Shown here piece after piece: positions 56,039 through 64,000 of a stretch of DNA of 64,000 nucleotides. The DNA is taken from assembly GCA_016748015.1 (NCBI GenBank), contig JAAOMT010000226.1:248001-312000 (forward strand). Direction: 5' to 3'. The first letter of the stretch is position 1. Every line of letters starts with the position of its first letter. The notes beneath the pieces are model-generated. The model was not told the origin of the DNA and did no database searches. It saw only the letters and a program-made list of their open reading frames with translations. Origin of the DNA: Geosiphon pyriformis uo1 (lineage: Eukaryota; Fungi; Glomeromycota). The position numbers and the translations under genes are program-made.

Positions 56039-58323
56039 TTGATGTTTTTAAAAAAAAAAAATGGCTTTTAATATTAAACTTAGATAGTAGTTATTGACAA
56101 ATAGCCATAAATTTAGCTGACAAAAAAAACAGTATTTACTATTAGAAAAAGAAACTTTGAATTTGATGTTATGTTATTTAACTTAACCAATATTCCAGCT
56201 ATCTTCCAATGGCTTATAAAAATCATATATACTGGATTACTATGAAAATCAGTAATAGTCTACTTGAACAACACCAATGTGTTCTTCAAAACATTTGATA
56301 ACCATTTTCATTATTTTTAACAAGTGTTTGAAAAATTAAGAAGAGTTGAATTGAAATTAAATGCAACTAAATGCTTTTTTGACAAAACTAAACTTAAGTT
56401 TTTGGAATATATTGTAAGCAAAAACAGCATAAAAACAGATTCAGACAAAATTGAAATAGTCAAAAACTTTTTGGTACCAACAAATTTTACAGAATTAAGA
56501 GTATTCTTGAGATTTGCTGAATATTATTATCATTTTATTCAAAATTTTTCCAAATTGGCTCAACTATTTCACCAGTTCTAAGCAAAAAATATCAAATATA
56601 AATAAACAAAAACTTAACAAGAAGCTTTTGACATCTTAAAAAGAAAGCTTATTTAAGCACCAGTATTAATCTATTAATATTACAACAAGCCATTTATTAT
56701 TACTATTAATGCATCTAGTCAAGCATTGAAGACTGTATTGTCACAAAAAAAAGCAGATAGACGAAAACATCTAGTGTTATATGTTAGCAAAAGTTTAAGT
56801 CCAGCCAAAAAGAACTATAAAACCTCAGCATTAAAATACTTAGCTATATATTAGACTGTTATTAAATAGAAAAAATACTTAAGTCAAAAGTTTGATGTTT
56901 ATACTAATCACAAAAAATTGACATTAATCCAGAAACAAAAATTTGGAGATAATTGTCATACAAGATAGAAAATAGAGTTATTACTATTTAATTATACTGT
57001 ACATTATAAAAAAGAAAAAAAATAGAAATGTCAACAGTTTGTTATAAATAAGAAAATTAAAAAATATTTTAATTCAAAAATATAACAAAAGATAAACACA
57101 CAAATATTAACAATTCTAACATTATATTAATACTTAACACTTCAAGGAAAAATTATCTTAAAAGAAATAAAACAACATAAAACAACAAGCAAAATATCTT
57201 ATTATTTACCAAGATATATTATATTAAAAAAACAAAAAATACTCAGATCAACTACTCAGAATAATCACAAAACCAAAAAAAAAACAATACTATTCAACAT
57301 ATACTTAAATTTAATAGTAAGACATTTTTATAAAGAAGCAATCATAAAAAGAATTAGAAAAAAATACTATTGGCTATTCATATATCCAAATATTATCTAA
57401 TATATTTAAAATTGTGATGTTTGTCAAAAAAAAAAGAAAGAACAAGACCTAATAAACCACTAAAACTTATCAAAATAAGACAATCATTTAATCAAATTAA
57501 AATTGACTTAGTCAAACTATTAACAATAACCAGTAAAAGCAATAGATATATAGTGGTAGTTATGGACTATCTTACAAAATAGCCAGAAGCAAAAGCAATT
57601 CAAAAAGCAGATGCAGAATTTATAGCTAAATTTGTATACTAAAATTTGATTTATTAACATAGATGTCCAAAAAAATTATTATCAAACCAGAGAACTTACT
57701 TTGTGAACAAAACATTAACAGAATTAAGTCAAAAATTTACAATCAAAAGATTATTATTATTACTATATTATTTACAAATTAATAACTTAGTTGAAAGATT
57801 CAACAGAACATTGTGTAAAGCAATAGCCAAGATCAGCCAAAAAAACCAGAACAAATAAGATTTGTTTATACTATTAGTATTATTTACTTATCAGACAATG
57901 AAGCAAGATAATATATTAACAATACCATTAGAACTTGTTTATAATAAAACAACAATATTACCAGTTAAAATAAATATTAATACATATCCAACTAAACCAA
58001 TAACAGAAGCCAACTTCAAAAAAACATTATTGAAAAAAACATATAACTTAATAAAAACATTAAAAAACAAAAGGCAAAAAGCAGTTGATAACATATAAAA
58101 ATTATAAGCAAAACAAAAAAAATGATATTGTAACTAATTATTAGATAAACCAATCGAATTCAGAATTGGAAAAAAAGTATTTTTATATTATACCAAAGTA
58201 AAAAAACAATAGAATGGAAAATTAAATTCCAAATAGAACAAACTATTTTACATTAAAAAAATTCTAGAAAATAGAGCTTATAAATTAAGATGAAACAACA
58301 AAATCTTAGTTAAAACAGCATAT

Positions 58324-61300
58324 TGTTACTTATAGAACATAAAAAGTATATTAGCATATAAATTAGCCAATCAGAAGTAGCCATAGTAAAATGTGAAATT
58401 CCAGGATTTCTTTCAAAAGAAATTGCAGAATTCCAGGAATTTCAGAATTCTCGTACAAAAGAATCACAAGATTCTAAAATTTCAGAATTCCACTAAAAAA
58501 AAATTGCAGGATTCCAGGAATTCCAAAATTTCTGGTGTGAAAAATTGAGGAATTGAGGAATCTCAATTATGTATATATAGCAGTAGTGCTAAAAGTAAAA
58601 AAGGCAGAATTCTTTAGTTAGAGACCTCTCAGTTTAGATTTGATCTAAGCAACCTTCCAATATTACAAATATCAATAAATAATTATTTACTATCTCCAAT
58701 TTCACTCTTCACTATCAACACTTTATGTTGATAACAAGTAATACTTAACTACACTAGAACAATAGCTCTTGATCACAGCTATTAATGGGATACTAACTTA
58801 CAAATTGTCTTGGCTTATTTTCTTTATTTTTTTTTATTTTTTTTATTTTTTCTATTTCATTTCTGTGATTTTATTGTTGTGTACTAATTGATTGAAAGAG
58901 AATAACATGTGGAATACTGATGTCAAAGTGACTGGTAAAAGATCCAAGAATAAGGGTAGAACATTCAATTAAGGATAGCTTATCAAGAGGAATACCAATT
59001 ATCACACTGAAAAAAAAATTGACAAAACTATGGTTTTGGAAAGCTACAGATAAACACTATTGAATCTCTGTCCATTATACAAAAAACTCAATTAAAATCT
59101 TTAGATAATAATACTTTTAGATACAAACAACCTTTAGATAAAATCATCAACCAAAACATCCACCAAACACCAAGTTATGGGTTTGTTATTTCATTTGAGA
59201 CCCCAAATCACACCTGTAACATTTGGTGTTCTCTGTAAGGTATAATTTTACAGAGAACCAGCACTAACAACAATCTAAACAGTAGCAGAATCTGAAGAAA
59301 TAGGAACAAACCATTTGGAATTTGCAAAATTCTTATTCTAACATTATCACACTTATTTCGGATTAATAAATAATAGTAGGCTAACAGAATCAGCTTTCAA
59401 TTGCTATGTCAATGAGAGAATCATATACCATCTAAAAAGCCAAAGAGATCCAGAATTCATTTTTAACAACTTCTTCAGTGAATTGTTTCAAAGCACTACT
59501 CTTTCACAAAACTACTTATTTGCACTCCTAATTACAGAAATAAACAGAAAAATTAAAAAATACACCAAACAGAAATTTTTTATCACTTTTGCCAATAAAG
59601 AAAAAGAAAGATTACAAACACCAACAGAAACACTAAAGCAAATTCAACTACTTACTTGGAAGAAACAAAGATTTGATTCACCTATTAATCCATCATATTA
59701 CTACACACCTGGAAGCACTATCAATATAATAAGCACAGCTACAACAAGTGTGACAATGCCACTAAACAGAATTCTATTTCAAAGTAAACAAAAAAAAGCA
59801 GAGTTATTAGGAACATATGGCAATTATTTTGAAGAATTTAAATCACAATCTTCAATACTATTAGGAATTTAATCACTATCATTACAACCAGATTTTGGAG
59901 CCATTAGTTTTTGAGAAATAACCAATTCCGAGGAAGAAGAGAGTAGCAATTAGAAAACTAGCAAACAAAATCCAATTCTAAAAAATTCAGAAATTAAAAC
60001 TCCAGTTAATCAAACTCCAGAAAATCAGAATAATCAAAACCCTAACATAATTAATCAACAAAACTTACCTTCAATAATCAAGATCAATTCACCACTCATT
60101 CTACCAATCACCAAACAGCAACAACAGCTACAACTGCTATCTCAACAACAAATCCAGCAGCAACCACAATAACAACCAATGGCCTACACTCCAATTGCCA
60201 AAATAAAAAAATTTACCAGTGAAGAAAACAATGCCCAAGTATGACTTAATGATGTGAAAAAAGCCATCACAGCTAATAAATAGAATAATGACAGAGTTTT
60301 TCAAGTGATTCTCTATTTTCTACAGGATACCGTCAACTCATAGTATTTGAGTTTAGCCACTAAACCTCAAATGTTCCAGGAATTTAAAATTGCATTATTG
60401 GAATATTTCACTAATAATAACAGTATTAATTGTCTAGTCAACATCTTTACTACAATCAAACAGGGAGAAACTGAAGCAGTTACCACTTACTTGGGATGCT
60501 TTCACAGAAACTTGCACCAAATTCAAGCAATTCAAGCTGACTATTTTACAGCATCACAGATCTTAAACCAGTTTATCTGTGGACTGTGCAGTAGCTTTTT
60601 CCAACATGTACACCCAATGCATTCACAAACTCTTCAAGATGCAGTCACCAATGTGAGAGATTTTGAATTGACAGAACTTAAAGCAAACCATGCCCAAGCT
60701 GTTAACCTAGTCATGAATAGATTATCTGACTTAGATTCCAAATTAAAACAACTCAGTAATTCAATTAATCATAAATTGGAAGGATACTTAGCTGACAATC
60801 ACACAATTTATCACCCACCACAATGATGCAATAACTCAAAAAACCCGAATTGTTTCCAAAATTAGTCATGTCCATCATCATCATTATCATCAAATCAGCC
60901 ATGGCAACAAGAGACACATGTCTGCCATAACTGTAGTAAACAAGGCCACATTAGAGCTGACTGCCAATTTTATAATAATAATCTATGATTGGAAAATTAA
61001 TATCGAAATTCCAATTGCTGGTTTCAACCTAATTTAACACCATATCAACCAAATTATTTACCTATAATACAACAGCCAATCTATCAACCACCAATTTATC
61101 AGCTCTCTGTACTTGTCATTTATCAACCGCAGTCCCAACCCATTTATCAGCCACAGCCTTAGGTAATTTATTAATCCCAATAAATTCAAACACCACCACA
61201 GAACTTACCTCAAAATGAAACTAAAAGGCCAAGACTGACACAACAAAGCTAGAGATCATTAATAGTAGTCCATCAACTGATCCCCAGTTTCTTCATGCCA

Positions 61301-62526
61301 CCATCAGAATCTTGACAATAGAATTTGGGCACTAGGTACACCCAAAACCCGAATTCTCAGAACTATTTAAGTCTTCTGGTTATTCCAGAAAACATCACAT
61401 TCACTAAACCAGAAACCAACCAAAAGTCACTTACTAGCAATATTTTACCAGCAACTATCTCCAACAATGGATCCCTAGCAGCTATTTTTTCTTTTAAATT
61501 AAAGGAACCAGTTGAAATGCCACTATTCAGTAAAGCCATCCTAGAATCAAAATCTATTACTGTGATATATACCAATGCTAAAGTTGATGGTTAGTACATT
61601 AAACTGATCTTAGACAATGGATTAGCTGGCAGCATTATTACATGACTATTCATGAACCAATTAGGTCACCAAGTTGATTGTGCTGCCAATGTGTGCATAA
61701 TTACTACTGATGGAGTGACCAAAACTCCGATTGGTGAAATAGACAACTTTCCATTTAAAGTCAACAACATCATAATACCAATTAAGGTATTGGTAATAGA
61801 AGCAACTCAATATCAGGCTCTTGTTAAAAATAACTAGCTGTTGAAAGCCAATGTCATGCTCAACTGAAACACCCAAAAACTGCAACTCAGCCAGAACAGC
61901 TACCACACATATGTGTCAGCCATCTGTGGTCATTTTAAGACTACTTTCAACAACAAACTACTTATTGAATTAGAAGAAAAAGAAAGAAAACCTACCTGAG
62001 AAGTGTATCAAGTTTCCTGGGCCAACACTGAACACAATGAATTATTACCAGTACTTTCCTAGAACAATAAAAGGAAAGGTAAGAAAGAGAACACAACAGA
62101 AGAAAACACAACAACCAAAGAAATAACTAGTGGCTGGAAGAGATCCTATTCACATGAGCCATTAAAACAACTGCTACATATTCCACTCAAATGCCAAGAT
62201 TGTGGCAAGAAACTTTCTTCCATGGGAGCTTGGATCACACCCAATAAAGATTACTAGATGCAAACCCACTATTACTACAAGCCATACTACCGAAAACAAT
62301 ATGGCTACTCAAAATGACAAAACAAGTAGAACAACAAACCATGTCTTGTTTGTGAGGAACAATTACTCAATAAAGAAATGTGGAACAACATTCCTGGGTG
62401 AAGAGGAACATGCGATGCTTCATGCCAATACACGATCCTCATTAATAACTGGGTAAGTTGTGGAATGCCTATTACTGCCACCTAATACCAAATGATTTCT
62501 TGTTTGGATAATTACCTACACAACAA
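58324..62526 (+). mobile_element. Ty3/Gypsy element 2 (same family as element 1), inserted in the integrase C-terminus of element 1
   Basis: LTR 58324-59221 (TGTTA..TAACA) and PBS TGGTGTTCTCTGTAAGG at 59224. Gag MAYTPIAKIKKF at 60179, CCHC knuckle CHNCSKQGHIRADC at ~60923-60964, PR KLILDNGLAGSII at 61601, Cys-rich region 62186-62430. Interrupted at 62527. Confidence 0.9.
59224..59240 (+). promoter_or_regulatory. tRNA primer-binding site (counterparts at 49984 and 63500)
   Basis: A TGG-initiated motif 2 nt after the LTR end in elements 2 and 3 (decayed to TAA in element 1). Consensus TGGTGCTCTC is complementary to a tRNA ending GAGAGCACCA; the isotype is not determined. Confidence 0.75.
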
Positions 62527-64000
62527 TGTTACCAGTAGAATTTTAGCTAGTAATTAGCATAAAATTATCCTTATAATCCCTATAATTAATTAGTATATTA
62601 ATATTATTTCAAATTATCATTTATTATTTAATCAATTATTACATATTATGATTTAATTAAAATAATCTAATTAGTATAACAAAAAGTAGAATGATCAAAT
62701 TACACAATACTCTGAACTTTGTAACATTCTAAAATTCATCGAAATTTACAAAAATTCGCCGAAATTTATAAGAAATTTGCCGAAATTATGAATAGTTCAC
62801 TCAAATTAATCAATAGTTCAGCGAAATAACTTGTAGTTCATCAAAATTTGAGCAAAAAGAAAAAGTGCAAGTTTATAGACTAGTATTACAACAAGTTGTA
62901 TAAAAAAAGAGCTTTTTTCTTCAAGAAAATGTATCTTACTTTAGATTTATTACTTAGAACCATTCCTACATACACAAAGAGAAATAAATATCAAATAATT
63001 TGAAAAACCAAATTTTTTAATTATTGCACTTGGAAAATCCCCAAAACCCAATTAACATTTTGAAATTGATTAGCTACCAATTTCAGTAAACTGTTAGTGA
63101 CTCCAGACCTGGATAGAAAACGTTTCTCTTGATAAAATCCTATTTCTTTTACCTTTCTTTTATTTTTCTTTTCTTTTCTTATTACAATCATTAGAGTAGC
63201 CTACAGACAAGATTCCTGTAGAAGAGTTGACTTTCACAGCAAAATAACTACACATTTTTAGTGAGCTTTCAGATGAGCAATTCTTGGAAAAGAGTTGACA
63301 TTTACTACAATGTAACTACATAAAATAACTGGCAAGAAATTGGCCATTTCATTTATAAGCCCAGCAGTTTAAATTATAAGAGATAATTTGAAGATAAATT
63401 CAGTTATTGGAGGTTCAACTACTTCTAAAAAACGTGAATTTACAACCAACAGATAGTTACAACATTCAAGAAAAGAGACCAAAAACCTCCAGTAATATTT
63501 GGTGCTCTCTCACAAAAATAACACAGCAACAACAAATTCAAAGTGGTAACCACACCAGACACAACAACTTTAGAGTATCATCAGTTAATTTACACTCACT
63601 GCAAGCAAAGATTCAACATCCCAGACGGAATTGAAGTTGTCAAGAAATCAGTATACCAATATATTGAAAATTACATCAATAATTATCTTTTTAGAAATTA
63701 CAACATTTCAGAAGTTAGAAGCAACCTCTACAATAATCTAGTGCACTATTCACGATTGGAAACTAAAGACCTTAACAGTAAAACACTTGCCATCTACTTT
63801 CAAGAACTCAATTACAACATTATCAAATATTGTGAAGAAAAATACCCAGTACAGTCTAAATATTCTCTTAACTTTGAATCAAAAACAGAAACAAGCAACA
63901 AAGGCAAACAAAAAGTAAAACAATACTCAAGAACCACTCCAAACACTCCAATATTACCAAAGACAACTGCCAAACACTTGCAAACACCTGAACAAAGAAT
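62527..64000 (+). mobile_element. Ty3/Gypsy element 3 nested in element 2 (runs off the window)
   Basis: LTR 62527-63497 (TGTTA..TAATA) and PBS TGGTGCTCTCT at 63500. A gag-like frame is open from ~63525 to the window end. Confidence 0.8.

Larger units (their letters stand above)
49050..58323 (+). mobile_element. Ty3/Gypsy LTR retrotransposon 1 (decayed): LTR-PBS-gag-PR-Cys-rich region-dUTPase-RT-RNaseH-IN; 3' end displaced by nested insertions
   Basis: LTR ~49050-49981 (TATTA..TAACA) and decayed PBS at 49984. Gag AYVSIVKLEKF at ~50925, zinc-knuckle relic at ~51665, PR LIFDNS at ~52350. RT FCVDYRKLNS at 54931 and YLNN (YLDD) at 56261. RNaseH ~56690-57020. IN CDVCQ at 57413, IKIDLV at ~57495 and LVERFNRTL at ~57787. 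Confidence 0.9.

Noticed and set aside
58713-58733. TATCAACA as the LTR end with no PBS, suggesting Tf1-like self-priming
   Set aside because: The true LTR ends lie ~450-500 bp further on (TAACA or decayed TAATA at 49981, 59221, 63497), each followed by TT and a tRNA PBS, so the hairpin is internal.
62735-62850. CRISPR-like repeats
   Set aside because: Short degenerate tandem units without unique spacers, inside a eukaryotic LTR, and no cas genes.

Overview
Very AT-rich, intron-containing eukaryotic DNA that looks like a glomeromycotan fungus. The Gypsy gag/dUTPase type and the Ser-less lipase recall Geosiphon pyriformis; this is from memory and not verified by any search. 1-27.5 kb is mostly microsatellite-rich non-coding DNA. 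It hides one spliced orphan gene on the minus strand (10708-11750, with a GC-AG intron), two copies of a poly(A)-tailed repeat and an assembly gap. 27567-29914 is an intact 5-exon, 664-aa 7TM GPCR (cAMP-receptor/Git3-like). 33-48 kb is an accessory island: a class-3 lipase pseudogene whose nucleophile motif reads GHGSGG, head-to-head with an intact 7-exon PD-(D/E)xK-like nuclease gene; a chimeric relic carrying an inverted piece of that nuclease gene; a decayed TET/JBP-type 2OG-Fe(II) dioxygenase; a Tc1 (DD34E) relic; a secreted repeat-protein relic; and a second nuclease pseudogene. 49-64 kb is a nest of Ty3/Gypsy elements: a dUTPase-carrying element with an antisense solo LTR in its RT, a second element in its integrase tail, and a third element inside the second. 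The relics show heavy C:G->T:A erosion beyond CpG sites. All gene models were spliced by hand from the sequence, and no database searches were run.
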